Below, piece by piece: positions 53,579 through 63,164 of a stretch of 64,000 nucleotides of DNA (positions are counted from its first letter, which is position 1; the number at the start of each line of letters is the position of its first letter). Origin of the DNA: Kiloniellaceae bacterium. GTDB lineage: Bacteria; Pseudomonadota; Alphaproteobacteria; Kiloniellales; Kiloniellaceae. The DNA lies in assembly GCA_050290145.1 (NCBI GenBank), contig JBNKHC010000307.1:2772-66771 (forward strand). Direction: 5' to 3'. Under the pieces are notes generated by a model. It made no database searches. It had not been told where the DNA came from and worked only from the letters and a program-made list of their open reading frames with translations. A program made the translations under genes and the position numbers.

Positions 53579-54415
53579 TTGAGCACTTCCATCGACCTTT
53601 CCTTCGTGAAGCAGTTCGAACGCGAGGTTCACGAAGCCTATCAGCGCCAGGGTTCGCTGCTGCGGGCCACGGTGCGTTCCAAGAACAACGTGAAGGGCGC
53701 CTCGACGACCTTCCAGAAGATCGGCAAGGGCGTCGCCTCCACCAAGGCCCGCCACGGCAAGGTCACGCCGATGAACGTCGACCACACACCGATCGAGTGC
53801 ACCCTGCAGGACTTCTATGCCGGCGACTACGTTGACAAGCTGGACGAGGCGAAGATCAATCATGACGAGCGCATGGTCATCGCCAACGCCGGCGCCTGGG
53901 GCCTGGGCCGCAAGACCGATGAGCTGATCATCGCGCAGGCGGACCAGACCACTTCCTTCGTCGGCACCTTCACCGGCGGACTGACCCGTACCCTGCTGCT
54001 GCAGGCGGTGGAAGCCCTGGACGACAACGACGTGCCGGACGACGGCATGCGCTGGGGCCTGCTGACCCCCCGGCAGTGGTCCATCGCGCTGACCATCCCG
54101 GAATTCGCCAGCGCGGACTTCGTGGGCGACGATCTGCCCTACATGCAGCGTAACCGCACCCGCTCCTGGCTGGGCGTGAACTGGATGCGGCACACCGGCC
54201 TGCCCGGCAAAGGCACGGCCAACGCGGTGTGCTTCACCTATCACAAAAACGCTCTGGGCCACGGCAGCGGCGCCGACGTGACCAGCGACATCACCTGGCA
54301 CGGCGACCGGGCGGCCCACTTCGTCAACAACATGATGAGCCAGGGCGCCTGCCTGATCGATCCGGAAGGCGTGATCGAGGTCCGCGTCGACGACACCGCC
54401 ACTATCCCGGCCTAA
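53579..54415 (+). CDS. Major capsid protein
   Basis: 278 aa with a TTG start 7 nt after an agaggag RBS. Sequence (FVKQFEREVHEAYQRQGSLLRATV...) and position fit a BPP-1-type podovirus major capsid. A strong terminator follows the next gene. Confidence 0.75.
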   Translation: MSTSIDLSFVKQFEREVHEAYQRQGSLLRATVRSKNNVKGASTTFQKIGKGVASTKARHGKVTPMNVDHTPIECTLQDFYAGDYVDKLDEAKINHDERMVIANAGAWGLGRKTDELIIAQADQTTSFVGTFTGGLTRTLLLQAVEALDDNDVPDDGMRWGLLTPRQWSIALTIPEFASADFVGDDLPYMQRNRTRSWLGVNWMRHTGLPGKGTANAVCFTYHKNALGHGSGADVTSDITWHGDRAAHFVNNMMSQGACLIDPEGVIEVRVDDTATIPA

Positions 54416-54428
54416 GGAGAGCTGAACC

Positions 54429-54716
54429 ATGGCATATAACGCTAAGTACCTGACCCTCATGGCCCACGGTGCCGGCCAGCAGTGGTGGTCCTACAGAACG
54501 GCGGATACGCCGGCCACGGTGGACAACGCCGGCTATTTCACCGGCGAGGCGGTCGGCATGCTGAAGGTCGGGGACCTGGTCTTCGTGCAGCAGGTCGACG
54601 ATCCGGCGGCGCCGGCCGGCGTCACCGCGGCGGGCTGGCACCTGGTGCTGTCGAACGACGGCGCCACGGTGGACGTCTCCAACGCCACGGCGGTCGCCAC
54701 CTCCGATACCGACTAA
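54429..54716 (+). CDS. Small phage protein after the capsid gene (possible decoration/cement protein)
   Basis: 95 aa. The call rests on position only. Confidence 0.4.
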   Translation: MAYNAKYLTLMAHGAGQQWWSYRTADTPATVDNAGYFTGEAVGMLKVGDLVFVQQVDDPAAPAGVTAAGWHLVLSNDGATVDVSNATAVATSDTD

Positions 54717-54755
54717 GGCAACACCGGCTGATTAGCTCCAAACGGTGAACCTCGC

Positions 54756-54794
54756 GCGGGCGGTCTCTTCTTGGGGCCGCCCGCTGCCTTTTTA
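54756..54794 (+). terminator. Rho-independent terminator after the capsid block
   Basis: gcgggcgg-tctcttcttgggg-ccgcccgc, an 8-bp GC stem, followed by tgccttttta. Confidence 0.65.
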
Positions 54795-54819
54795 GCAACC
54801 TTTTCCAAGGGAGTGCCCC

Positions 54820-55167
54820 ATGCCCAAGGCCCTGTCGCAGAACCTGGAAACCATCGCCGCGCTGCAGAGCTTCTGCGTCTTCGGCTACCAGACCGAGGAC
54901 CCGCTGGCGGCGCTTGCCAGCCCCGACTACTTCGTCAGCTGCAGCGCGCGCCTGATGGCCAACGACCTGATCCTGGTTTGCGCCGATGCCGAGCGGAATC
55001 CGGCCTGGGGCCTGTTCCTGGTCAGCCGCGTCGGTTCTGAGGAGGTGATCCTAGAGAATGTCGCCGGCCTGACCCCCGACACCATCAACGGCCTGACCTT
55101 CCTGCGTAGCCCACAGCCGGCTGCGCCCGCGAAGAAGGCGGCGCGCAGCCGCCGCAAGGCCGCCTGA
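54820..55167 (+). CDS. Hypothetical phage structural-module protein
   Basis: 115-aa ORF with a basic tail. No family recognised. Confidence 0.45.
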   Translation: MPKALSQNLETIAALQSFCVFGYQTEDPLAALASPDYFVSCSARLMANDLILVCADAERNPAWGLFLVSRVGSEEVILENVAGLTPDTINGLTFLRSPQPAAPAKKAARSRRKAA

Positions 55168-55178
55168 GGAGAGACGCC

Positions 55179-55748
55179 ATGGCCGATGTCACGGGGATCT
55201 GCAACTCCGCGCTCGCCAAGATCGGCGCGGCGCGGATCACCGCGCTGGAGGAGAGCAGCAAAAACGCCAACCTCTGCGCCGAGCTCTACGAACGCTGCCG
55301 CGACGACCTGCTGCGCGCCCATAGCTGGAACTTCGCGACCGCCCGCGCCAAGCTGGCCCGCGAGGCCGGGACGCCGGTTTTCGGCTTTGCCTATGCTTAC
55401 GCCCTGCCGGCGGACTGGATGCGCTGCGTCGACGCCTATGGCGACGAGGCCGGGAGCTGCCGCATCGTCTACCGGGTCGAGGGCGACTGCCTGCTGAGCG
55501 ACGCGGAGGACGTCTATCTGCGCTACGTGCGGCGGGCGGAGGACGCCAATCTGATGCCGGCGGACTTCCGCGAGGTCTTGGCCTGCCTGCTGGCGCGCGA
55601 ACTGGCGGTGCCCATCGCCCAGTCCAACACCCTGGAGGAGAAGCTGGAGGCGCGCTTTCGCACCCGCCTGCGCCGTGCGCGCACGACAGACGGTCTGGAA
55701 GACCAGCTCGAGCCCCTGCCGCTCGGCGCCTGGGCGGAGGTGCGCTGA
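55179..55748 (+). CDS. Tail tubular protein A / adaptor-like (T7 gp11 position)
   Basis: 189 aa. ICNSALAKIGA..I......S..A..C...Y...RDDLLRAHSWNFA is a pattern I associate with podovirus gp11-like proteins. Sits directly before the large tubular B gene. Confidence 0.6.
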   Translation: MADVTGICNSALAKIGAARITALEESSKNANLCAELYERCRDDLLRAHSWNFATARAKLAREAGTPVFGFAYAYALPADWMRCVDAYGDEAGSCRIVYRVEGDCLLSDAEDVYLRYVRRAEDANLMPADFREVLACLLARELAVPIAQSNTLEEKLEARFRTRLRRARTTDGLEDQLEPLPLGAWAEVR

Positions 55749-55751
55749 GCC

Positions 55752-58748
55752 ATGCCCCGCGCCAATCCCCTGCAAGCCGCCTTCAACGCCGGCGAGATCG
55801 GCCCGCGCCTGGCGGCCCGGGTCGACTTCCCCAAGTACCGTAATGCGGGCGCCCGGGTCGAGAACATGACGCCGCTGCCGCAGGGCGGCCTGACGCGCCG
55901 GCCCGGCACCCGCTTCGTCGCTGCTGCGGCAGACCAGGACAAGCGGCCCCGGCTCATTCCCTTCGAGTTCTCCACCGAGCAGGCCTACGTGCTGGAGGCC
56001 GGCGACGGACAGTTCCGCTTTTTCAGCGACGGGGGGCGGATCGTCGTGGCAGCAACGGATGCTGTGATCGCGAATGGCAGTTTCGACAGCAATATCAGCG
56101 ATTGGGACGACCTTTCGACAGGCTCCGCTCTCATTGACCATGTGCTGCTGGGCGGCGATGAGGCGGACCTGCTGCGCTTTGCACGTCTCGACCAGAACGC
56201 CTGGGGCGACTTGGACGCGAACCGCCGCCACGTCGCTCTGCGTTTCACCGTGGGTCTCAGCGGCAATGTGCGCGAGGCGTCGCTGGACGTGAGTGATGTA
56301 ATAGCGGCGTTCGATGCCGTGGCGCGGATCTACACCGACAATGCGGGTAGCCCCGGGACGCAGGTTGGTGGAGACAGCGCCCAACTAACTATGGACACCA
56401 TTGGAGTCCGCACCTTCACCTGGACGACCAAGCCGGCCGTGGCTGCAGGGACCGACTATTGGGTAGTTTTCAGCGACGTGACGGAGGACGGCACAGGCCG
56501 GGTGAATGTCGGGCGTTGTGCAGACCAAGGGGCGAACTTCAGGTCCGGGTCGCACGACACGATCACAAGCATTGCCGACGCGGTGAATTTCGCCTCGACC
56601 CGCGACCTACGAGCCGAAGTGAAAATCGAAAGCGCCACGTCGGACGGCGTCTTAGCTCTTGTCGGGGCGGGAAGCAGCGTAGCGGCAGCCGAACAGGATG
56701 TGGCGGTGACGGACATCGACCAGGAACACGTTCTGGCCTTCCGGGTCGTCGGCGTTCCGGGTGACGTGGTGAAGGTTCGGATCGGGCGCACCAGTGGCGG
56801 CGACCAATTCCTGGCCGACACGGAGAAGGCGACGGGCCGACACATCATCAGTTTCACGCCGGATGCCGGGCCGTTCTTCGTCCAGTTCCGCAACGAGGCG
56901 GCCAAGACGGTCTATATCGACGACGTACGACTGATCGGGAGCGGAGCCGGGGAGGCAGCTTCGCTCGAACTGGCGGCACCCTACAGCGAAACCGACCTGG
57001 CGGGGCTCAAGTGGGCGCAGTCGGCCGATGTCATGTACTTCGCGCATAGCTCCCATCCACCGCACAAGCTGGAACGGCGAGGGCATACGACCTGGTCCCT
57101 GACGGAGGTGGCCTTCGACGACGGACCCTATTTGGATGAAAACGCGGAGAGTGGCCAGACGCTCAAGGCAAGCGCGACCAGCGGGGTCGGCATTACGATC
57201 TCGGCCACGGGACACTCTCCGTTCACCGAGGGTGACGTGGGCCGATCCGTTCGGCTGCGCCCCTCCGGCGAGCCGGGCTGGGCAGTGATCACCGAGTTCA
57301 TCAGCCAAGAGCAGGTGCGCGCCGACGTGAAACGGAATTTCGGCAGCACGGCGGCAACGGCGAATTGGCGTCTCGGCGCCTGGTCCTCAGAGCGGGGCTA
57401 TCCCGGTGTGGCGACATTCTTCGAGCAGCGCACGGCCTGGGCCAGTACCATCACTCAGCCGCAAAGTTTCTGGATGTCGCAGTCGGGCGATCTGGAGAAC
57501 ATGCGGCCTGACAGCTACGAGGGCGGGGCGGTCGAGGTGCAGGACGACGACGGCCTGGACTTCACCATCGCCGCCGACGAAGTGAACGCCATCCGCTGGA
57601 TGTCGCCCGGCCGCCAATTGATCCTGGGAACGTCCGGCGGTGAATGGTCGGTGACCTCCGACGGGCCGGTAGTGACGCCGTTGGACATCGAAGTGAAGCG
57701 CGAGTCGACCAACGGCAGCGCCGACATCCAACCGCTCCGAATCAGCTCCATCGTGCTCTTCGTGCAGCGGGCACGGCGCAAGCTGCGGGAGCTCGTCTTC
57801 AGCCTGGAGACGGACGGCTTCCGCACGCCGGACCTGACCATCCTGGCCGAGCACATCACCGAAAGCGGCCTGCGCGAGATCGTCTATCAGCAGGAGCCGG
57901 ACAGCCAGGTGCACTGCGTGCGCGAGGACGGCGTTCTGGCCACCCTGACCTATCAGCGCGACCAGGACGTGGTCGGCTGGTCACGGCACATCTTCGGCGG
58001 CAGTTTCCAGGGCGGCGCGCCCGTGGTCGAAAGCGTGGCGACCATTCCCGGCAGCGCGGCCGCCGGCAGCCAGAACCGTGACGAGGCTTGGATCGCTGTA
58101 AAGCGGACAGTCGACGGGAATACCTTCCGTAGCATCGAGGTCATGGAAAGCTCCTTCGAGGGACCCAATCCCGAGGCCTTCGACGATCCCACGGTCTTCG
58201 ATGCGGCGGTACTGGCACGTCAGCGGGACGCCTTCTATGTCGACTGCGGGCTCAGCTACGACGGGGCACCGACGCAGACTCTCTCCGGCCTTGACCATCT
58301 GGAAGGGGAGACCGTCGCCATTCTGGCCGACGGCGCCCTGCACCCTGACCGAATCGTCATGGGCGGCGCCATCACCCTGCAGGCGCCCGCCAGTGCCGTA
58401 CACGTCGGCCTGCCGTACCGCCATGTCTTCGCCTCCCTGAAGCTGGAGGCGGGAGCGGCCGCGGGCACCGCCGTGGGCAAGGTGAAGCGGGTGCACGGCA
58501 TCGCCCTGGTGCTGCTGCACTCCCTGGGGCTACGTATCGGCCCCTCGATCGACCGTTTGGAAGACGTACCCCTCCGTGAGGTGGGAGACGCCATGGACAC
58601 GGCGGTGCCGCTGTTCACCGGCGAGCGCTTTGTCAGCTTTGAGGGCGACTTCGAGCGTGACGCCCGCATCGTCATCAGCGGTAACGCACCTTTGCCCTTC
58701 ACGCTGCTGGCCGCCGCGCCGGAGCTGAAAACCAATGAGCTGATCTGA
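55752..58748 (+). CDS. Tail tubular protein B / nozzle-like (T7 gp12 position) with an inserted jelly-roll-like domain
   Basis: 998 aa with the N-terminus NPLQAAFNAGEIGPRLAARVDFPKYRNAGARVENMTPLPQGGLTRRPGT. An insertion at about aa 100-395 begins ANGSFDSNISDW and ends TVYIDDVRL. Confidence 0.7.
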   Translation: MPRANPLQAAFNAGEIGPRLAARVDFPKYRNAGARVENMTPLPQGGLTRRPGTRFVAAAADQDKRPRLIPFEFSTEQAYVLEAGDGQFRFFSDGGRIVVAATDAVIANGSFDSNISDWDDLSTGSALIDHVLLGGDEADLLRFARLDQNAWGDLDANRRHVALRFTVGLSGNVREASLDVSDVIAAFDAVARIYTDNAGSPGTQVGGDSAQLTMDTIGVRTFTWTTKPAVAAGTDYWVVFSDVTEDGTGRVNVGRCADQGANFRSGSHDTITSIADAVNFASTRDLRAEVKIESATSDGVLALVGAGSSVAAAEQDVAVTDIDQEHVLAFRVVGVPGDVVKVRIGRTSGGDQFLADTEKATGRHIISFTPDAGPFFVQFRNEAAKTVYIDDVRLIGSGAGEAASLELAAPYSETDLAGLKWAQSADVMYFAHSSHPPHKLERRGHTTWSLTEVAFDDGPYLDENAESGQTLKASATSGVGITISATGHSPFTEGDVGRSVRLRPSGEPGWAVITEFISQEQVRADVKRNFGSTAATANWRLGAWSSERGYPGVATFFEQRTAWASTITQPQSFWMSQSGDLENMRPDSYEGGAVEVQDDDGLDFTIAADEVNAIRWMSPGRQLILGTSGGEWSVTSDGPVVTPLDIEVKRESTNGSADIQPLRISSIVLFVQRARRKLRELVFSLETDGFRTPDLTILAEHITESGLREIVYQQEPDSQVHCVREDGVLATLTYQRDQDVVGWSRHIFGGSFQGGAPVVESVATIPGSAAAGSQNRDEAWIAVKRTVDGNTFRSIEVMESSFEGPNPEAFDDPTVFDAAVLARQRDAFYVDCGLSYDGAPTQTLSGLDHLEGETVAILADGALHPDRIVMGGAITLQAPASAVHVGLPYRHVFASLKLEAGAAAGTAVGKVKRVHGIALVLLHSLGLRIGPSIDRLEDVPLREVGDAMDTAVPLFTGERFVSFEGDFERDARIVISGNAPLPFTLLAAAPELKTNELI

Positions 58749-59179
58749 TGGGCGGCCCCCGGATCGTCCCCTTCGAGCCAGCGCATTTGGCGGACCTCGA
58801 CCCACCGGTCTTTGATCCCGGACAGATGCAGCGCTTCGCCGCCGCCTACCTGCCCGCCGGCCCGGCCTTCACCCTGATGGAAGGCGGGCGGGCGTTGGGC
58901 TGCGCAGGCCTGATGATCGAGGGCGAGGAGGGTCGGGCTTGGGCCTTCCTTTCCGACGCCTTGCGGCGGCGTCCCCTGCTGCTGCACCGCACGGTGAAGC
59001 GCGCGCTGCCGGCCCTGGCCGAGCACTATGAGGTGAGAAGCCTCACCGCCGAGGCGCATGCCGAGTTCGCGGCCGCGCGGCGGTGGCTGGCACGGCTCGG
59101 CTTCCAGCACGAAGAGAGACTTCCGCGCTTCGCGGGAACCACCGAAGACTACGTGAGGTATCGTCTATGGGTGCACTGA
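58748..59179 (+). CDS. GNAT-like small protein, paralog 2 (inside the tail/internal-protein operon)
   Basis: 143 aa. Its ATG overlaps the tubular B stop (TGATG). Paralogous to 50784..51281. Confidence 0.55.
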   Translation: MGGPRIVPFEPAHLADLDPPVFDPGQMQRFAAAYLPAGPAFTLMEGGRALGCAGLMIEGEEGRAWAFLSDALRRRPLLLHRTVKRALPALAEHYEVRSLTAEAHAEFAAARRWLARLGFQHEERLPRFAGTTEDYVRYRLWVH

Positions 59180-59616
59180 CACTGATCGGCGGCGTGCTGA
59201 GCGCCGTCGCGGCGATTTCCGCCGGGCAGGCCCAGGCCAACGCCGCGGAGTTCAATGCGGAGATGGCGCAGCAGCAGGCCGAGCGGGAACGGCAGATCGC
59301 CGCGCGCGAGGCCAAGGATCATCGGCGGCGCAACAGCCGCCTGCTGGCCACGTCGCGGGCGCGGCGCGCCGGCAGCGGCGTGACCTCCATAGGGTCGCCG
59401 CTGCTGGTCGACGAGGCGACAGCCGCCGAGATCGAATTGGGCGCGCAGGACATCCTCTCCAGCGGCGCATCCAAGGCCTATGGCTACCAACAGGAGGCGG
59501 CGCTCTCGCGTGCCCGGGCCAGCAGCGCCAGGACGGGCAGTTTCCTGAAGGCGGGCGGCACTTTGCTGACGGCCGCGGGTGGTACCGACTACGACAACTT
59601 CTTCAAGTTCTCCTGA
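59167..59616 (+). CDS. Small internal virion protein-like (T7 gp13/14 position)
   Basis: Start trimmed to ATG 59167 (MGALTLIGGVLSAVAAISAG...). Hydrophobic N-terminal helix followed by an Ala/Gln/Arg-rich coil. Confidence 0.5.
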   Translation: MGALTLIGGVLSAVAAISAGQAQANAAEFNAEMAQQQAERERQIAAREAKDHRRRNSRLLATSRARRAGSGVTSIGSPLLVDEATAAEIELGAQDILSSGASKAYGYQQEAALSRARASSARTGSFLKAGGTLLTAAGGTDYDNFFKFS

Positions 59617-59659
59617 AGCCGACAGCCCCTGAATCGGCCAGAAATTTCGAGGTCCCATC

Positions 59660-62218
59660 ATGCCCCGTATCCCTTCCGCTGCCGAGGTAAACCCCATTGG
59701 CGGCTCCGCAAGCCGCCTTCCGAGCGTCCGCGCCGACGCCGCCGACTTCAGTCTTGCCATTGCACAGGGGCTCGCTTCTTTCGGCGAGGGAGTGAGCGAC
59801 GTCGGCGATCGGATCAGCAAGGACGCCCGCAGGGCCGCCGCGGAGGAAGAGCGGGAAAGGAAAAACGAGCAATTGCTTCAGCTTTATGAGGCGTCGAAGA
59901 AGAGCGAGGCCGCAAAGCAGGTCGCGGACGAGGGGCAGCATCGTGCTGAGGTGCGCGAAGCGGCCATTGCGATGGTCGACAATTGGGAATACGACGGTAG
60001 CTCACCACTGGAAGCCGCCGCCAAGGCGTCCCGGGATCTGGAGTCCGTTGAGGAAGAGCGCCTGAAGCAGTTGCCGGCCGAGCAACGTGCCAGCTTGAAG
60101 GCGGCAACGCAGCCGATCCGCCGGGGCCAGGCCCTGCGCGTGGCGCAGCGGGCGCAGAACCAGAGTGTGGCGATGCTGAACCGTCAGACTGAAAAAACGC
60201 TGCAGTTGCTGCAGAGACAGGCAGTGCAGGAACCGGCGGCGGCGGCACACTATGCGACCGAGGGGCGCGCGCAGTTGCTGTCCCTGCAAAGTGCCGGCGC
60301 CCTGACGCCCGAACAGTTCGCGGCCCAGGAGGAGACGTTCCGGCGGAACCTCTACACGGCGGTGGTGCGCGGCCAGCCGGCGGTGCAGGCCCTGGCCGAC
60401 CTGGAAGACGGCGTCTATGACGAGGCGCTGAGCGATCCGGAGCTGAAGCAGTTCCTGACCCAGGAGACGGCCTGGCGCCTGCAGAGCGAGACAGCGCAGG
60501 GCGCTGCGGCGGCCGAGGCGCAACTGGCGCGCGTCCGGCGCGGGGAAGGGACGCCGGGGGAGCTCAGCGCCACGTCCGGGGCTGTCCTGGCGGCCGGCGA
60601 CATGGCCGATGTGGAGTTGCAGGCGGAAGTGGCCTTGCGTGTGCGTTCCGAGCTCCAAAGCCTGCGCTATGCGCCCGAGGCGGAGGTCGAAGGGCGTATC
60701 GATGCCTTGGCGCCGGCGCTGGACGCAGCCGATACCGCGGCGCGCCAGCAGGTGCAGCAGGAGGTTTGGACCCAGAGCCGGATGATGCTGCGTGAGCGCG
60801 ACAAGGATCCGGCCGCCTATGTGATGGAGCAGCCCGCGGTGGCGGAGGCCTTTGCCGCAGCGGAGAAGAACCCGGCGCGGCTGCCCGACGCAATTGCCGC
60901 GCGCCTGGCGGCGCAGAGCGCCATGGGGCTGGTGCCGGAAGCGCAGAACGCACTGACCCTGGAGGAGCGCGCGCGGATCGTCGACGGGCTGCGCCGCCTG
61001 GAGCCGCAGCAGCAGATTGCCGCCATGCTGGAACTGGGGCGGCTCTACGGCGACCAGGCCGCCAAAGTGGCGTCGGACCTGGCGGAGACCGGCCTTTCGA
61101 TGGAGATGCAACTGGCGGCGGACGCCAGCGGCGGCCCGGAGGTCTCGGGGCGGTTGGCGCAGGCGGGGGAAAGCAACGGCGGGGCGCAAGCGGCGGAAGG
61201 AGGCGTGATCGAGGAGACGGCGGAAAGGCTGATCGCGGAAGGGCGGGGAGCGGCTGGTGCCACTGCCGACCACGGTCAAGAGCGGTCGCACGGTGTTGGC
61301 TCAAGCACCCCCCCGACCTTGCCTCGGCGTAAGCCTGAGTCTTTGACCATGCCGGCTCATATCGAAGAGGGGGTTAAATCTGAGACAAGCGACTTGACTA
61401 GGAGTAAGCCGCTAAGTGCGGATGACGCTGTGCTGCGGCAGCATCAGTCACTGCGAGCTGAAGACTACAGCGAGATGCTAGACGGCCTAGACCCTGCCGA
61501 GGTTGCCGCTTTCGAAGCGCATGTGAGGCGAGCAGCTTCAGGGGCCAATGCACCGCCGGAGATTGAGGATTTGGCGCGGCGATTTGTCGTGAAGAAGTTG
61601 CGAACCGGCATGCCATTTGCCGATGCGGTTGCCGAGGCGTTGTATGAGGCTGGCATTGACGCTGCGAAAGAGGTGGCGATGGGAGAAGCGGACAGCCGAG
61701 AGGACGCACCGCCTCTCCCACAGCAGAGAGAAGAAGAGGACGTCGACAGACTGCTTCGCGTCATTGGCATCAACCCTGTACTCAGGGAGGGAGATGCCGA
61801 AACGGTTCTGCCATTGGTGAAGGAAATCATGCAGGTGAGAACCTATGCCGCTGCCGGCGAGTATCAGCGAATCAAAGATCTGCGAAAAAAGATCGAGAAA
61901 CTGGATGGCACGGAACACCGGTTTCTCTACAAACCTTTAACCGCCAAGTTGGACCGTGCCCTTCAAAGACCTGAAACTGTGCCTTGGGCCTTGAGCGACG
62001 GCGAGGTCTACAGCGTCTATAAGTCTCTAGGCGGATCGGTTGACGCATTGACCATCGGAGGTATGACACTCGCAGTCCTGGAGAAGTTTCTTGCCCCCGC
62101 ATATCTCCTTAGTTGGGCCACGAGCTTGGCCGGTTTCCAGCAGAATCAGATGAGGAAGTTGTACGAAGCCGAGCTGTATAGGCGCGGAATTTTCAGGAAA
62201 CCAAATGTGCAACCCTAA
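59660..62218 (+). CDS. Large internal virion (ejection) protein-like with an AT-richer replaced C-terminal module
   Basis: 852 aa, long Ala/Gln/Glu-rich helical region. After PPTLPRRKP (about aa 548) composition shifts to lower GC. Hydrophobic segment near the C-terminus (LTIGGMTLAVLEKFLAPAYLLSWATSLAGF). Confidence 0.6.
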   Translation: MPRIPSAAEVNPIGGSASRLPSVRADAADFSLAIAQGLASFGEGVSDVGDRISKDARRAAAEEERERKNEQLLQLYEASKKSEAAKQVADEGQHRAEVREAAIAMVDNWEYDGSSPLEAAAKASRDLESVEEERLKQLPAEQRASLKAATQPIRRGQALRVAQRAQNQSVAMLNRQTEKTLQLLQRQAVQEPAAAAHYATEGRAQLLSLQSAGALTPEQFAAQEETFRRNLYTAVVRGQPAVQALADLEDGVYDEALSDPELKQFLTQETAWRLQSETAQGAAAAEAQLARVRRGEGTPGELSATSGAVLAAGDMADVELQAEVALRVRSELQSLRYAPEAEVEGRIDALAPALDAADTAARQQVQQEVWTQSRMMLRERDKDPAAYVMEQPAVAEAFAAAEKNPARLPDAIAARLAAQSAMGLVPEAQNALTLEERARIVDGLRRLEPQQQIAAMLELGRLYGDQAAKVASDLAETGLSMEMQLAADASGGPEVSGRLAQAGESNGGAQAAEGGVIEETAERLIAEGRGAAGATADHGQERSHGVGSSTPPTLPRRKPESLTMPAHIEEGVKSETSDLTRSKPLSADDAVLRQHQSLRAEDYSEMLDGLDPAEVAAFEAHVRRAASGANAPPEIEDLARRFVVKKLRTGMPFADAVAEALYEAGIDAAKEVAMGEADSREDAPPLPQQREEEDVDRLLRVIGINPVLREGDAETVLPLVKEIMQVRTYAAAGEYQRIKDLRKKIEKLDGTEHRFLYKPLTAKLDRALQRPETVPWALSDGEVYSVYKSLGGSVDALTIGGMTLAVLEKFLAPAYLLSWATSLAGFQQNQMRKLYEAELYRRGIFRKPNVQP

Positions 62219-62254
62219 TATGGACAGACAGAGAGAGTTCCTTGCAAAGGCGGG

Positions 62255-62908
62255 TTAGAAGTCTGTTGGCAGATTGTATTCTCGGCGAATATCTTCAGCA
62301 CGGCGATTGACCATCATCAGATACTCCTGGGTGACGGTCGCACCGACCTCGCATTGAAGGCCCTGCCAGGCGGCAACGTTGTGTGTGAAGGGATGAAAGC
62401 TTACCGCCTGCCAGGCATCGGCCTCTAAAGAGTCGCGAGGAACGCCTTCGCCAAAGCAATACATGAAGGCCAATAGCCAAGTTCCCGATCTGCCGTCCGC
62501 CTGGGCCGCCCGCAAGCCATATTGAAAGGCTTGATCATAATCGTACTCATCATGAGATTCCTGGGCCAATTCCTCAAGAGCCTTGCCGTAGTTTTGCTCG
62601 GCGGCTCTGAGGAGCCATATATACGAAGTAGCACGGTCAGTCGCTGCGCTGCTGCCGCTGACGCCGTTGCCCCAGTACAGCACTTTCGACAAGAGGTATT
62701 GAGCTTTTGCGTTGCCGGCCTGTGCAGCGGGCAGAAGCTCCCGATAGGCGGTCACAAAGTCGTCGGCGCGATAGGCGCGTTCACCTTCGTTCACATCTGC
62801 GGCGGCGGGCAGCGTCCAGAGTAGAGAGGCAACGAACAAAGCAACGATCAGCAGTGGCTGCTTGTCACGCTCAAGAACTAGAAAGCACGGCAAGATGGGA
62901 ACGCTCAC
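62255..62908 (-). CDS. Sel1-repeat (TPR-like) exported protein
   Basis: 217 aa with an N-terminal hydrophobic anchor or signal (LLIVALFVASLLWTLPAAA) and Sel1-like repeats (AQAGNAKAQYLLSKVLYWGNGV.., GTWLLAFMYCFGEGVPRD). AT-rich and antisense to the phage operon. Confidence 0.7.
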   Translation of the reverse strand: MSVPILPCFLVLERDKQPLLIVALFVASLLWTLPAAADVNEGERAYRADDFVTAYRELLPAAQAGNAKAQYLLSKVLYWGNGVSGSSAATDRATSYIWLLRAAEQNYGKALEELAQESHDEYDYDQAFQYGLRAAQADGRSGTWLLAFMYCFGEGVPRDSLEADAWQAVSFHPFTHNVAAWQGLQCEVGATVTQEYLMMVNRRAEDIRREYNLPTDF

Positions 62909-63164
62909 TTGGCAGGCCTTTGGCGCGTGTTGAAGTCTCGTTCTTTGGCGGCTGTTACTCTACCGCTGATTGTTTAACTGTTCAATATTTGTTCTTTCGG
63001 GCGTAAGGGGGAGCGAAACGCCTCCTTGGGCCTCCCTCGCGGGTGATTTCGGCCGACTTCCTTGAGCGCATGTCGGCTTCGCAGTCCTCGTGCCTCGATC
63101 CGCGAAATTCCTCCAACCACCCATACCCTGAGCAACCCACCACGAGTCCTGCCAGGAGCAGCGC

